Assembly: GCA_964352475.1 (NCBI GenBank)
Contig: CAYGSL010000023.1
Span: 1 to 57,386 of the forward strand
DNA length: 57,386 nucleotides
Source of the DNA: an uncultured Pseudomonadales bacterium
Lineage (GTDB): Bacteria > Pseudomonadota > Gammaproteobacteria > Pseudomonadales > JAUIET01
Direction of reading: 5' to 3'
The notes beneath the pieces were generated by a model. The model saw nothing but the letters and a program-made list of their open reading frames with translations. It did no database searches and was not told the origin of the DNA. A program made the position numbers and the translations under genes. Numbering within the stretch: the first letter of the stretch is position 1; each line of letters begins with the position of its first letter. Positions 8,540 through 18,567 of this stretch are shown piece after piece.

Positions 8540-9988
8540 ATGCGTCAAAACATCGCCCATAAAACGGTGCCTTACAGTCAACAGCTGGATCGTCAGATTT
8601 TCCAACAGCCGTTAACTGCACCCGAATGGAGTACCGAGACACTAAGTCGCTACAATCTTCGCGGTCCTCGCTACACTTCCTATCCTAGCGCCAACGAATT
8701 TAAAGACGCCTACAACCCTGAACTTTACAAGCAGGCATTGACACAGGCGCAGCACAGCGAAGACGCTCTGTCGCTGTATATCCACATTCCATTTTGCGAA
8801 AACATTTGTTACTACTGCGCATGCAATAAAATAGTCACCCGCGACCGCAGTAAGGCTGACACATACCTTGACTATTTATACAAAGAAATAGCAATGATCG
8901 CCAAATTGCTGGGCAATAAACGTGAAGTCAAGTCGCTGCACCTTGGCGGTGGAACGCCAACTTTTCTTGACCATGCGCAGCTTACAGAACTTATCTATCA
9001 GCTGGCCGCCAGGTTCAACTTAAGCAGTTCCGATCAACGTGAATTCAGTATCGAAATTGATCCGCGAACAGTACACAACGATACGCTGAATTTGCTCCGG
9101 GGCCTTGGTTTTAATCGCCTAAGTCTTGGTGTGCAAGATTTTGATGAAGGAGTGCAGAAAGCAGTTAACCGGATACAGGCGTTTGAGCACGTGAGCGACC
9201 TGGTTGCTCAGGCTCGTGTTACCGGCTACGAGTCTATTAGCTTTGATTTGATTTACGGCCTACCAAAACAGAACAGCAGGTCTTTCGAGAGAACTATCGA
9301 TCAGGTGTTGGACTTAATGCCTGATCGAATCTCTTTGTACAATTACGCACATTTGCCCGCGCAAGTGTCGTCACAGCGTTCCATTGATCGTATGCAATTG
9401 CCCAGCGCAGATGAAAAGCTGGCGATGTTATGCATAGCCGCAGAAAAGCTACAGCGGAATAACTACTGCTATATTGGCATGGACCATTTTGCGCTAGCCA
9501 GTGATGAAATGTCGATTGCAGCATCCACTGGGCGGCTGCAGCGTAGCTTTCAGGGTTATTCTGTTGTGCACGCGCCGGAAACGATTGGTATGGGGGTTTC
9601 GGCAATTAGTTCTTTAGCCGATATGTACGTACAAAACCTTAAAGTGCTTGATGAGTATTACGCTGTGCTCGATCAGGCCCAATTACCGATTGCACGTGGT
9701 TTGAGTCTTTCAGGCGATGATAAAATCAGGCGAGATGTTATCAATCAGATCATTAGCACCCTGTCTTTAGACAAAAATGCGTTCAAGCAACAAGTGGGTC
9801 AGGATTTCGATCAATACTTTGAGGCAGCACAAGAAGGCTTGCGTCAAGCTGAGCGCGACGGCCTTGTTAAGCTAAGTTCTGATGCTGTTGTCGTTACTGA
9901 AACAGGACGCTTATTATTGCGCAATATATGCATGCTGTTTGACGATTACCTGCCTACTTCCAGCGGTCAGTTCTCGCAGACTATTTAG
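8540..9988 (+). CDS. hemN: Oxygen-independent coproporphyrinogen III oxidase (radical SAM)
   Basis: GPRYTSYP, LYIHIPFCENICYYCACN, GGGTPT, IGMDHFA, QRSFQGY. Confidence 0.96.
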   Translation: MRQNIAHKTVPYSQQLDRQIFQQPLTAPEWSTETLSRYNLRGPRYTSYPSANEFKDAYNPELYKQALTQAQHSEDALSLYIHIPFCENICYYCACNKIVTRDRSKADTYLDYLYKEIAMIAKLLGNKREVKSLHLGGGTPTFLDHAQLTELIYQLAARFNLSSSDQREFSIEIDPRTVHNDTLNLLRGLGFNRLSLGVQDFDEGVQKAVNRIQAFEHVSDLVAQARVTGYESISFDLIYGLPKQNSRSFERTIDQVLDLMPDRISLYNYAHLPAQVSSQRSIDRMQLPSADEKLAMLCIAAEKLQRNNYCYIGMDHFALASDEMSIAASTGRLQRSFQGYSVVHAPETIGMGVSAISSLADMYVQNLKVLDEYYAVLDQAQLPIARGLSLSGDDKIRRDVINQIISTLSLDKNAFKQQVGQDFDQYFEAAQEGLRQAERDGLVKLSSDAVVVTETGRLLLRNICMLFDDYLPTSSGQFSQTI

Positions 9989-10099
9989 GACTCTGTAATT
10001 ACCAAGACCAACGCTGTAAGCGCAATCAATAATGTTCTTATCGCACGTAGCGGAAGGACGCATTTATTCTCGGAATTACTGACCTCGGAAACATAGACA

Positions 10100-10837
10100 A
10101 TGTTAAAAAGTAGTGAAAGCCCCGCTTGCCCGCACAACGCCAACGTCAGCTGTGGAGATTGCCGCTTGTCCAGCATTTGTCTGCCGTTGTCCTTAGACTC
10201 TGAAGACATTAGCAAACTTGATCAGATAGTAGAGAAAGGCGCTCAACTGCAGCGTGGTGAAATCCTCTATAAACAAAATGGTGAGTTTCGTTCTGTGTAT
10301 GCGGTGCGTGCTGGTGCGATAAAGGCTTATCACATAGACAGCGGTGGTCAGGAGCAGGTAGTGGGTTTCTATCTTCCGGGTGAAATTTTGGGCACAGATG
10401 GCATTGGCGGGCATCGCTACAACAATACAGCGGTTGCTTTAGACACAACAGCTGTATGTGAAATACCGTTCGCGCAGCTTGAAAAGTTAAGCACAGAGTT
10501 ACCTTTTCTACAGCGTCACTTTTTCAGAATCATGAGCCGCGAGATTACCGACGACCAGAAAATGCTGACTCTGATTAGTAAAAATACGGCTGATGAACGC
10601 TTGGCCTCTTTCCTGATCAGTTTGTCTACCCGTCATGCGCAGCGGCAGCTTTCTGGAAGCCAATTTCTGTTGCCCATGTCACGACAAGATATAGGCAATT
10701 TTCTAGGCCTGACTGTTGAGACAGTGAGCCGTGTTTTCACGCGTTTTCGTAAAAAACTACTGATTGAAGTTGACGGAAAACAGGTTCAAATACTCAACAT
10801 TGATGCGCTCAAAGAAATAGCCCGTGTTGCGCCCTAG
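10100..10837 (+). CDS. fnr: FNR/ANR O2-sensing transcriptional regulator
   Basis: CGDCRLSSIC Cys cluster, VCEIPF, HTH LGLTVETVSR. Confidence 0.95.
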   Translation: MLKSSESPACPHNANVSCGDCRLSSICLPLSLDSEDISKLDQIVEKGAQLQRGEILYKQNGEFRSVYAVRAGAIKAYHIDSGGQEQVVGFYLPGEILGTDGIGGHRYNNTAVALDTTAVCEIPFAQLEKLSTELPFLQRHFFRIMSREITDDQKMLTLISKNTADERLASFLISLSTRHAQRQLSGSQFLLPMSRQDIGNFLGLTVETVSRVFTRFRKKLLIEVDGKQVQILNIDALKEIARVAP

Positions 10838-10889
10838 ACAGTACACGTAAGCCAATAATACAGGGCGGTTTCCTCTACCATGCTTGCCG

Positions 10890-11003
10890 TTACACGGCTA
10901 CGGATATTGAAATCAGTAGGATTGCGGTAACGCCCACCATAGCAAGAACGCATTTACCAAGACGTCGTAGCGCAGTGGTGTCATCTATCGAAGTGTGTTG
11001 CAT
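10890..11003 (-). CDS. Small (37 aa) single-TM protein
   Basis: Below the ORF-track cutoff. AGGA RBS 7 nt before ATG; MQHTSIDDTTALRRLGKCVLAMVGVTAILLISISVAV*. Confidence 0.55.
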   Translation of the reverse strand: MQHTSIDDTTALRRLGKCVLAMVGVTAILLISISVAV

Positions 11004-11242
11004 GAGTTTGTCCTGTTGTTTACCGATTTACTCTGTAGCTACCACGCTAGTATTTGGTTTCTAGCCAGTAAGTAGCGAAGTATCAGCATGGACCAGGTTG
11101 GGTGTTTTGCCATTGATCTGCGTCAATCATTTGCCATTCCTTGTGCCCATCCTGGGTATCCGTTTGACGTTGTTTAACATGCCGGAGCTCACCGCACCCA
11201 GCAATGGGATTGACAGATGGATGGGGCCACTTAGGGGGCGGG

Positions 11243-11851
11243 TCATGGCTCGTAAGTGATACGCTTCCACTCATCACCGTGCAACTCATAGGCAATACGG
11301 TCTTTAATGTTACGCCAGCCAGCGCGCCAGAACTCAATTCGACCGGGCACTACTCTATAAGCTATCCAATTCTCCGGAAGCGGAACCTCGTCATAGCCAA
11401 ACGATTCTCGCGTCTTACTAAGGCGTTCTTTATGCGAGTTTGCACCACGTGAGTGATCTGATTGGTTGCTGGCCCACGCGGCAATTTGCTTGGTTCTGTC
11501 TCGTTTTCGCCACAGGGTGTCGGCTTCTGCCAAAGAGGTGGCTATGGCCTTGCCTTCAATAATGAGTTGTTGACCCAGCGTATTCCAGTAGAAACAAATC
11601 GAAACTTGTGGGTTCTCTGATAGCTGAATTCCCTTGCCAGAGTTTTTATTGGTAAAGAATGAAACGCCGTATTCGTTGATGTCAGCGGCCAGAATATACC
11701 GTACCGATGGTTTAGCGTCCAAGCCACAGGTAGCCACTGACATTAGCATTATGTCCTTCTCACCAGCGCTCTTGGCGTCTTCCAGGCAATCCACTAATTG
11801 AGAGTAAGCATCATCCGGCATTCTGGGATCTTCTGAGTATGAGGTATTCAT
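11243..11851 (-). CDS. pdxH: Pyridoxine/pyridoxamine 5'-phosphate oxidase family protein
   Basis: MSVAT...PSVR, FFTNKNSGKG.QL.ENP, AWASNQS, PLPENW.AY.V.P.RIEFW. Confidence 0.8.
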   Translation of the reverse strand: MNTSYSEDPRMPDDAYSQLVDCLEDAKSAGEKDIMLMSVATCGLDAKPSVRYILAADINEYGVSFFTNKNSGKGIQLSENPQVSICFYWNTLGQQLIIEGKAIATSLAEADTLWRKRDRTKQIAAWASNQSDHSRGANSHKERLSKTRESFGYDEVPLPENWIAYRVVPGRIEFWRAGWRNIKDRIAYELHGDEWKRITYEP

Positions 11852-11910
11852 TGTGGCTCAATGGCATTATTCATGATGTTCAAATTTAAGCAGATGCTTC
11901 GGAAATCGCC

Positions 11911-11924
11911 TTGATTCATATCAA
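11911..11924. promoter_or_regulatory. FNR box between divergent pdxH and CDF genes
   Basis: Perfect TTGAT-TCAT-ATCAA; TACTTT (+, 11947-11952) and TAAATT (-, 11888-11883), each 22 nt from the box. Confidence 0.8.
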
Positions 11925-11975
11925 GCTCACAAGCTTTCCATCACACTACTTTAGTTCTGGTAAACTTGAGGGATA

Positions 11976-13106
11976 ATGAACGAACGATATAAAGAATTGC
12001 GCAAGGTCACGATTATTGGTGCGATCGCCGATTTCTTGCTGGGTGTGGCAAAACTGACAGTGGGGTGGCTGGCAAATTCCCAAGCATTGGTTGCCGACGG
12101 AATACACTCATTTTCAGATTTGGCTACCGATGCGTTTGTACTGTACGCCGCAAAGCATTCAAACAAAGAGGCTGATGCAGAGCACCCTTATGGGCATGGT
12201 CGCATTGAAACTTTGGCAACGGTTGTTCTGGGCGCAACCTTGATTTTGGTTGCCCTTGGAATCGCGGCAGACGCTATCATGCGTTTAATCAATGCCAACG
12301 AGTTACTCACACCCGGAGCCTTGGCGTTGTTGGTCGCCGCTCTGTCCATTGCCAGCAAGGAATGGATATATCACTACACAATTCGCGCTGCAAAAAAGTA
12401 TAAGTCTGACTTGTTACGGGCCAATGCCTGGCACAGCCGCTCGGATGCAGTGTCTTCCATCGTTGTGTTGATTGGCATAGGCGGGGCCATGCTTGGTTAC
12501 CCATTACTGGACGCGGTTGCAGCGGTGGTTGTTGCTGTAATGATCGCTAAGGTCGGTTTTGATCTGGCGCGCTCCAGCAGCGAGGAGCTGATCGATTCCG
12601 CGCTGGATGAAGAAGAAACAGAAAAGCTTCAACAAATAATGCGGGCCGTTCCCGGAGTACGGGCAGTGCATGAATTGCGTACCCGCACTAGCGCTGGCGA
12701 TGCATTTGTGGATGTGCACATACAGGTAGACCCTAAACTGAGCGTTTCAGAAGGCCATCAAATCGGAGACTCAGTACGTAGCGCATTGTTGAATGGGAGT
12801 GAACACGTCAGTGATGTAACGGTGCATATAGACCCGGAAGACGATGAGAACGAACACCTCAACGCGGCTTTGCCCAGTCGACAAAGCTTGATAGAGTCCT
12901 TGTCTGAATGCTGGCCGAACGTTCCAGTTTCAGAGCTGAACAATGTGCGCTTTCACTTTCTGTCTGGTTCGGTGCATGCTGAGCTGATACTGCCTATCAG
13001 TGTGCTCTCCAACAGCGACGATGCTGAACAATACGTGAGTGAATTGCGCGAAGATATCGTTACGCTGCCCTACGTATCTGAATTGAAAGTACTGTTCAAA
13101 CCATAA
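11976..13106 (+). CDS. Cation diffusion facilitator transporter with C-terminal extension
   Basis: SQALVADGIHSFSD, HPYGHGRIE, AWHSRSD, SVSEGHQI, VTVHIDPE. Confidence 0.9.
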   Translation: MNERYKELRKVTIIGAIADFLLGVAKLTVGWLANSQALVADGIHSFSDLATDAFVLYAAKHSNKEADAEHPYGHGRIETLATVVLGATLILVALGIAADAIMRLINANELLTPGALALLVAALSIASKEWIYHYTIRAAKKYKSDLLRANAWHSRSDAVSSIVVLIGIGGAMLGYPLLDAVAAVVVAVMIAKVGFDLARSSSEELIDSALDEEETEKLQQIMRAVPGVRAVHELRTRTSAGDAFVDVHIQVDPKLSVSEGHQIGDSVRSALLNGSEHVSDVTVHIDPEDDENEHLNAALPSRQSLIESLSECWPNVPVSELNNVRFHFLSGSVHAELILPISVLSNSDDAEQYVSELREDIVTLPYVSELKVLFKP

Positions 13107-13110
13107 TGAT

Positions 13111-13124
13111 TTGACCTGGATCAA
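13111..13124 (+). promoter_or_regulatory. FNR box upstream of usp
   Basis: TTGAC-CTGG-ATCAA; TACACT at 13146-13151, 21 nt downstream. Confidence 0.75.
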
Positions 13125-13181
13125 GGGTTTTGACTGCAAAGTCTTTACACTTTGAGCTGTGAAATCAGGAGGTGTGGAACA

Positions 13182-13619
13182 ATGAGTGCTTACAAAAAGA
13201 TCCTTGTTGCAATTGATACTTACGGAGAAAATGAATACAACACAGTTATTCAACGTGCGCAGGAGTTGGCTAGCGAAGAATCTGAACTCAGCCTGATATA
13301 TGTGCATGAGCCTTTTTACTATGGCGATATGTTGTATGCAGGTAGCGTTGAAATTGAAAAGCAAACCAATGCCAGAGCTAAATCAGTACTCGCTGAAGTA
13401 GCGCAACCTCTGGGTATTCCGGAAGACCGCCAGTTTGTAGAAACTGGCCGACCTGCCAGCGAAATACACGCTAAGGCTGAAGAGATTGAAGCCGATTTAA
13501 TCGTGCTGGGTACTCATGGTCGCCATGGTTTGCAGCTGATGCTCGGCTCAACCGCAAATGCCGTGTTGCATGGCGTAAAGTGCGATGTTTTGGCGGTACG
13601 AGTGCCGGCTGACAAATAG
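13182..13619 (+). CDS. Universal stress protein
   Basis: YKKILVAID...GRP..EI...ADLIVLGTHGRHG...LGSTANAVLH..CDVLAV; AGGAGG RBS before ATG 13182. Confidence 0.92.
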   Translation: MSAYKKILVAIDTYGENEYNTVIQRAQELASEESELSLIYVHEPFYYGDMLYAGSVEIEKQTNARAKSVLAEVAQPLGIPEDRQFVETGRPASEIHAKAEEIEADLIVLGTHGRHGLQLMLGSTANAVLHGVKCDVLAVRVPADK

Positions 13620-13622
13620 GTT

Positions 13623-14954
13623 TTACTTCATTTCCCGAAATAATCCTATAGCCATACGAGCGGTAAAAATAGCAGCCACGGCAAGCAATAACCAGAGCGC
13701 CCAGGTTAACCAGGGTAGGGTGGGAGTGGCGAATTGCCTTTGCGCGCCGCCGGACGTTTCGCTAATCGCAATGTTTGCTTCATAAGCAGCACCGATATCC
13801 GTATTGCCATTGAGCACATCGCGCAGTAACTGAGCGGGTGGCTCGGCTTCAAAATTACCCCAGTAGAGTGAGTAAGGTGGTGTTCCATTAGCAAGGAACA
13901 ATAGCTCGTGGCGCTTGTAGCCTAGTTCAAGCTGTGGCGCGTTGTTCAGCTTAGCGTCGGATGCAAACCACCAATTGGCATAGCGCCGGCTTGGTAGAGC
14001 GTATGAGGGGCTTTCAATAATGTTGGCGGCAGGGGCAAGACTGTGTTGTTGAATATTTGGGAACAGCGTGCGCTTGTTTTTGTATTTCTCGCCGGCAAAG
14101 ATTGATCCCTTGATGATCTGGTTTTGCTGTGCTGGCTTTAAACGCAAACGCGTTGGTAACACACCTTCTGGCAATGCGAACCGATACAAATTTTCCCCAT
14201 GCGAATCTATTTCCAGAGAAGCGTGCGCCAACCATTCGATAGTTTGCAAGGTTGGCTCCTCGTACAAACCGTTTACTCCGTTAAGTGTGATTGCCAGCTC
14301 AGGGTCTGCGCTGCTTATTCTTATATAGCGCTTTGAAGATGGAATATCATTTACAAGCTGCCAGTCACGGCTTCTATCGGCCTCAGCTTTGTTCTGCGCC
14401 AAGGTTAGCCTGCTGTGCACTGTCTGCCAGTTATTCAGGCTATCGCTGGCCTCAATACGTAACACCAGTAGCTGCGAGCTGTCTTTTGTTGTCCAGTCCA
14501 TCCGCAAGGCATTGATGCCAAGGGCCATTTGATATTCACTAAGTTCTACGATAAATGCATTGCTTGCTTTGGCAAGTTGCACTGTTTCGGTAGTTTGTAT
14601 TGTTGAACGTGAATCTTCTGAGCGGCTCTCATTAGTCGCTGTTACTGTTTTGGAGCGAGATCCGCTGTATTCGTTAAACGTGTGGAAATCGAGCGGAACC
14701 TCAATCACCTCATTGACTTGCTGTAATGGCCGCACCCAACTTGGAAGCGCCGCACCGTTGGTATCAAGAACCACCAGATCGCCAAAGTCGTTTCGACCAA
14801 GGCCTTTGATAACATCGGCACCAATCACCAATTTGTTAAGCTCACCGTTCTTGCTTTCAAGTGATGCTTTCCAGGCGTACTCAGCTGGGGCGGCGTAAAG
14901 CACATGGCTATGCAAAATGACGGTGATCACCAGGCAATACTTCATGATGTTCAT
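13623..14954 (-). CDS. DUF3999 family exported protein with C-terminal membrane anchor
   Basis: Signal peptide, DLVVLDTNG..LP, VEASD-like IEASDSLNNW, FLANGTPPYSLYWG, C-terminal TM; coupled to DUF2339 gene. Confidence 0.7.
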   Translation of the reverse strand: MNIMKYCLVITVILHSHVLYAAPAEYAWKASLESKNGELNKLVIGADVIKGLGRNDFGDLVVLDTNGAALPSWVRPLQQVNEVIEVPLDFHTFNEYSGSRSKTVTATNESRSEDSRSTIQTTETVQLAKASNAFIVELSEYQMALGINALRMDWTTKDSSQLLVLRIEASDSLNNWQTVHSRLTLAQNKAEADRSRDWQLVNDIPSSKRYIRISSADPELAITLNGVNGLYEEPTLQTIEWLAHASLEIDSHGENLYRFALPEGVLPTRLRLKPAQQNQIIKGSIFAGEKYKNKRTLFPNIQQHSLAPAANIIESPSYALPSRRYANWWFASDAKLNNAPQLELGYKRHELLFLANGTPPYSLYWGNFEAEPPAQLLRDVLNGNTDIGAAYEANIAISETSGGAQRQFATPTLPWLTWALWLLLAVAAIFTARMAIGLFREMK

Positions 14955-17614
14955 GCTGTTTCCTCCGCCGGTGTGGGTTGCTCTATTCGATCCGGTATCG
15001 GCGAAAAATAGCCAAGTGCCACCAGCATACCTCCAACAACCATAAACGAAATGATTCGCTCTATAGTGCCAGCCGCGTCAAGGTCAACAAAGAACATCTT
15101 CACCAACACAACACCTATTAATGCTGCGGCTGCAATCCACAATGGTCTAAGCGAACGTTTTGATGCCAGCAACATGCCCGCCATACCAATGGCGGTCCAT
15201 AGAATCGACAGCGCAGTCTGCACCTTGGCACTGTCCAGCAATGCTGACATTTGATACGGCACATCCATATAGTGATGTATAGAACGCATTAACACGGCAC
15301 TTAGCCAGACAAATGCTATGGCACCTACGCCAATCATTGCTGTGTTACCCGACCCTGGCCATTGTTGATCAATCGAAGGTAATGCTTTGATCATCATCAT
15401 TAATGCGGCAGCGCAAGCCAAATCAATCGGGTTCAAAAACGGCAAGTAGGGTAATGGCGCTGAGTCAGCTGAATTTCCAGTAGCAATCGCCAGTGACCAG
15501 AAGCCCAGCACCAGACACGCAGATAGCAGCATGCTCAGCTGCAGTGTGTCACCCAGGCGTTGAATCGCCGGTACGCTTCGTTGCAGGACGAGCCACGCCA
15601 TTACTATCACGGGCAATACTATTAAGGCGGTATACGCTGAGCCTGCCGACGGCAAATGGTTTTCGATTAGGTGATAAAGATCAAAGCCAACAATCAGAGC
15701 CAGCAAAAACGCAAAACCTGTGTGAAGCGCATATTTAAATCCGGGTTTCCACTCTGAGTCTTCAATTTGCACAATGATCCAGTAATTGATGGAAGCAGCG
15801 ATGCACCAAAACAGTAGTGCGGGCCAGGCGAGAACGATCTGTCCGTTATCAATAGTCTCAACAGCGATGCTGAACAGTAGCGGTAACAGCGCAGCGCCTA
15901 GCAACAGACAAGAATTCCATTGCCAATCGAATCGCTTGTTTGAATAGACCAGAGCGCCTGCGGTGAGTGCACTTAATAGTAGCCACGCATTGAGTGATCC
16001 TTGTAGGTAGTGCTCTATTTGCGTACCGAAACCTATAAACCACCAGGCCACGGCCCATACAAAAAACACGCCATGCAATAGACGGCTACGATCACCACTG
16101 GCAAGATCGTAGAGAATTTTTGAAGTGATCATCGCACCGATGGCGATGAATACCGAGCCCATAAACGCGGGGTTAAACCACGCCCGATCGCCCATATTGT
16201 CGGCGCTGCTTGCTGCAAACAAAAAGCCGGCCCCAAATTGCACCAAAATCGCAAACCATTTCGCATAGTTACGGTGCTGGCGAACGGATACCCACAAAAT
16301 GCCGGCGGCTTCCAGTGCCCAGGTAGCGCTGGTCCAGTGGCCATCCAAGGCATAGGGAATTGCCAATGTTGCGAATACCACGCCGATTGCCAGCATCGCC
16401 TCGGCCAACAAGCGTAAAGGTTCGCCAGCTCGCCGCCATAAGAAACGACTGACCGCAACGTAGTACACCCCGAGAGCCGCGGCCGTAACCGCAATGCCAT
16501 AGTCGTAATGCCTGAACATAGCCATCATCAGGCTGGAAGCGATTACGGGCGTGCCAAATACCAGGGTTCCGTCAATCAGGCCGCGCAATTTGTGATCTTG
16601 CTTGAGCGCGTAGAACACACCGATCAAGCTGTACATAAGGAAAAACAATACGAGGAAGCCGCTAGTTGGCAGCAACATCTCGTCCTGATACTCGAAAACG
16701 AACCAGGTGGTGAATGTTAGAAACGTAAATACAAACCCGATAAGGTTGAGCAAACGCCAGGATTTCTTCCACGCGATGATGAAAATGCTGGCATTCAATA
16801 ACGCGAAGTAGGAAAACAGGCCAATGTAATTGCCGCTACCTGAGGAAGCCAGAAATGGTGCGAGGAAACCACCAACGCTTGCAAACACAGCCAGACCGCG
16901 GGCGTTTTGCATAACGGCGAGAGCCGCCGTTAACAATGCAAACGTGACCAGTAACAAAAAGGTGAGCGCAGAAGGCAGTAGATTCGATATCTGAAATGCC
17001 GCAAAGATCGTGATGTACACAATACCTATGCCGCCACCTTGCAGCAGAAGCGCGTACACCCGATTTTTTTGCCTGAGACGCCAGCCTGCACCTAGCAAGC
17101 CCATACCCACCAGCGCGGCAGCGATAAATCGCAGTTCGAGCGGAACCAGTGAGTGTTCTGCTGCATAGCGGAGCAAGAACGCAACGCCAAAAAACAATAC
17201 AAGCAAGCCGATGCGCACGAATATGTTGCCATCAGTAAAATACGACCAGACCAGAGCTTTTGCTTTGCTGACGAAGTGGTCAAGTGGCCCTGGTTGGGCC
17301 GGCGGCAGATTTACTCTGCTAGTGCTTGGCTGTTTAGGCGTGGCCTTGGCGACAGATTCGACGGGGTCAGGCATAGAGTGACTCGCCGTGTCAGACTCTT
17401 CGCTGGCGCTTTCCGCCTCTGCGCTGCTTTGCCTGGGCTTCTGGGCAGGGGTTTGCCGCAGTTGTTGGATTTCGCGTTCCAGGCGACTGATTTCTCCGCC
17501 TGTGTGGCGCTGTAAAGCAAACATGCCGGCGACCAGTCCAAACAGAAGCCCAATCTCCAGACTTCCCAGCGACGAGCCTAGCGCTGTAGCAACAATTGCT
17601 ATGAGAATAGGCAT
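14951..17614 (-). CDS. DUF2339 family polytopic membrane protein
   Basis: GNIFVRIGLLVLFFGVAFLL.YA, GGFLAP.L.S.GSG, many TMs, K.FFVDL...GTIERIISF..VG..L...GYFSP.P. Confidence 0.82.
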   Translation of the reverse strand: MPILIAIVATALGSSLGSLEIGLLFGLVAGMFALQRHTGGEISRLEREIQQLRQTPAQKPRQSSAEAESASEESDTASHSMPDPVESVAKATPKQPSTSRVNLPPAQPGPLDHFVSKAKALVWSYFTDGNIFVRIGLLVLFFGVAFLLRYAAEHSLVPLELRFIAAALVGMGLLGAGWRLRQKNRVYALLLQGGGIGIVYITIFAAFQISNLLPSALTFLLLVTFALLTAALAVMQNARGLAVFASVGGFLAPFLASSGSGNYIGLFSYFALLNASIFIIAWKKSWRLLNLIGFVFTFLTFTTWFVFEYQDEMLLPTSGFLVLFFLMYSLIGVFYALKQDHKLRGLIDGTLVFGTPVIASSLMMAMFRHYDYGIAVTAAALGVYYVAVSRFLWRRAGEPLRLLAEAMLAIGVVFATLAIPYALDGHWTSATWALEAAGILWVSVRQHRNYAKWFAILVQFGAGFLFAASSADNMGDRAWFNPAFMGSVFIAIGAMITSKILYDLASGDRSRLLHGVFFVWAVAWWFIGFGTQIEHYLQGSLNAWLLLSALTAGALVYSNKRFDWQWNSCLLLGAALLPLLFSIAVETIDNGQIVLAWPALLFWCIAASINYWIIVQIEDSEWKPGFKYALHTGFAFLLALIVGFDLYHLIENHLPSAGSAYTALIVLPVIVMAWLVLQRSVPAIQRLGDTLQLSMLLSACLVLGFWSLAIATGNSADSAPLPYLPFLNPIDLACAAALMMMIKALPSIDQQWPGSGNTAMIGVGAIAFVWLSAVLMRSIHHYMDVPYQMSALLDSAKVQTALSILWTAIGMAGMLLASKRSLRPLWIAAAALIGVVLVKMFFVDLDAAGTIERIISFMVVGGMLVALGYFSPIPDRIEQPTPAEETA

Positions 17615-17744
17615 ACCTTCGATCTCTCTAAAGCCAATAATGAGTATGGGTCTGAAGTGAAGCGGGGTCTATTTGATATTACCAAGTAGCGTGTTCGGGC
17701 ACAAAAGGTATTGCATTTTAATACTTTTTTGCCCCCGGTAGCGT

Positions 17745-18431
17745 TTATTCTGTTGTAATCAGCTTGTAACCTACACCTCTGATATTGGTCAGCAGATCTG
17801 CGTTGGTGTGCGAACTTAACTTGCGGCGAATGTTGCTTACGTGCATATCCAGGCTTCGGTCATAAGCGGTGATGGTTCGGCCCAGGGCATGCTCATAAAG
17901 ATACTCTTTTTCAACAACTTCATTCGCCCGCTGCATCAACAACAGCAAAATATTGTATTCGGCTTTGGTCACGCCGAGATCTTGCCCGGCATAATGAATT
18001 TGATATTGCAGTCGCAACGCTGTCAGTTGGCCTGCTTCAACGTCCTGCTCCGCTTCGTGCTCAGGTTGCGAGTGTGTTCGCCGCAGAACTGCTTTTATGC
18101 GGGCCAGTAGCTCACGGGGGTTGCAGGGTTTGGGCAAGTAATCATCAGCACCAAGTTCGAGGCCAATGATTCGATCAAGGTCGTCGCCTTTTGCCGTTAG
18201 CATAATGACCGGAGTATTTGATTGCTGGCGTAAGTTTTTCAGTACTTCTATGCCATTCATGCCCGGCAGCATAATGTCTAGCACAATGGCCGTATAGTCG
18301 CTGGCAAGAGCTTGCTTTAGCCCATCTTCTCCATTGTGCACTTGCTCAACGGCAAAACCTTCATTGCTCAGGTAGGTGTTGAGTAATGCTGTTAGTTCCG
18401 GGTCGTCGTCGACCAGTAGCAGTTTTTCCAT
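17745..18431 (-). CDS. OmpR-family response regulator, CpxR-like
   Basis: LLLVDDDPEL, LDIMLP, GLELGADDYLPKP, RSLDMHVSNIRRKL, IRGVGY; divergent from a Spy/CpxP gene. Confidence 0.88.
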   Translation of the reverse strand: MEKLLLVDDDPELTALLNTYLSNEGFAVEQVHNGEDGLKQALASDYTAIVLDIMLPGMNGIEVLKNLRQQSNTPVIMLTAKGDDLDRIIGLELGADDYLPKPCNPRELLARIKAVLRRTHSQPEHEAEQDVEAGQLTALRLQYQIHYAGQDLGVTKAEYNILLLLMQRANEVVEKEYLYEHALGRTITAYDRSLDMHVSNIRRKLSSHTNADLLTNIRGVGYKLITTE

Positions 18432-18469
18432 AATGAAATTATACGTTGAATGACCGCCAAGGACTCGGT

Positions 18470-18516
18470 CTTACCATGGTTTACGTAAACTTTACGTAGC
18501 CTAGACAGACATTTAC
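18470..18516 (-). promoter_or_regulatory. Tandem CpxR-type direct repeats
   Basis: Minus strand GTAAA(18516-12)...GTAAA(18495-91)-N6-GTAAA(18484-80)-N5-GTAAG(18474-70); resembles GTAAA-N5-GTAAA. Confidence 0.6.
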
Positions 18517-18567
18517 AGGGCGTTGGCCTAGGATTCACACTGTACTTACCACTATTGGAAACGAGTC

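Noticed and set aside
11083-11452. ORFs of 84 aa (-) and 82 aa (+)
   Set aside because: They overlap pdxH, with no RBS or recognisable motif
17702-17730. AT-rich inverted repeat downstream of the CpxR-like gene
   Set aside because: The stem is too AT-rich and imperfect to call a terminator or operator
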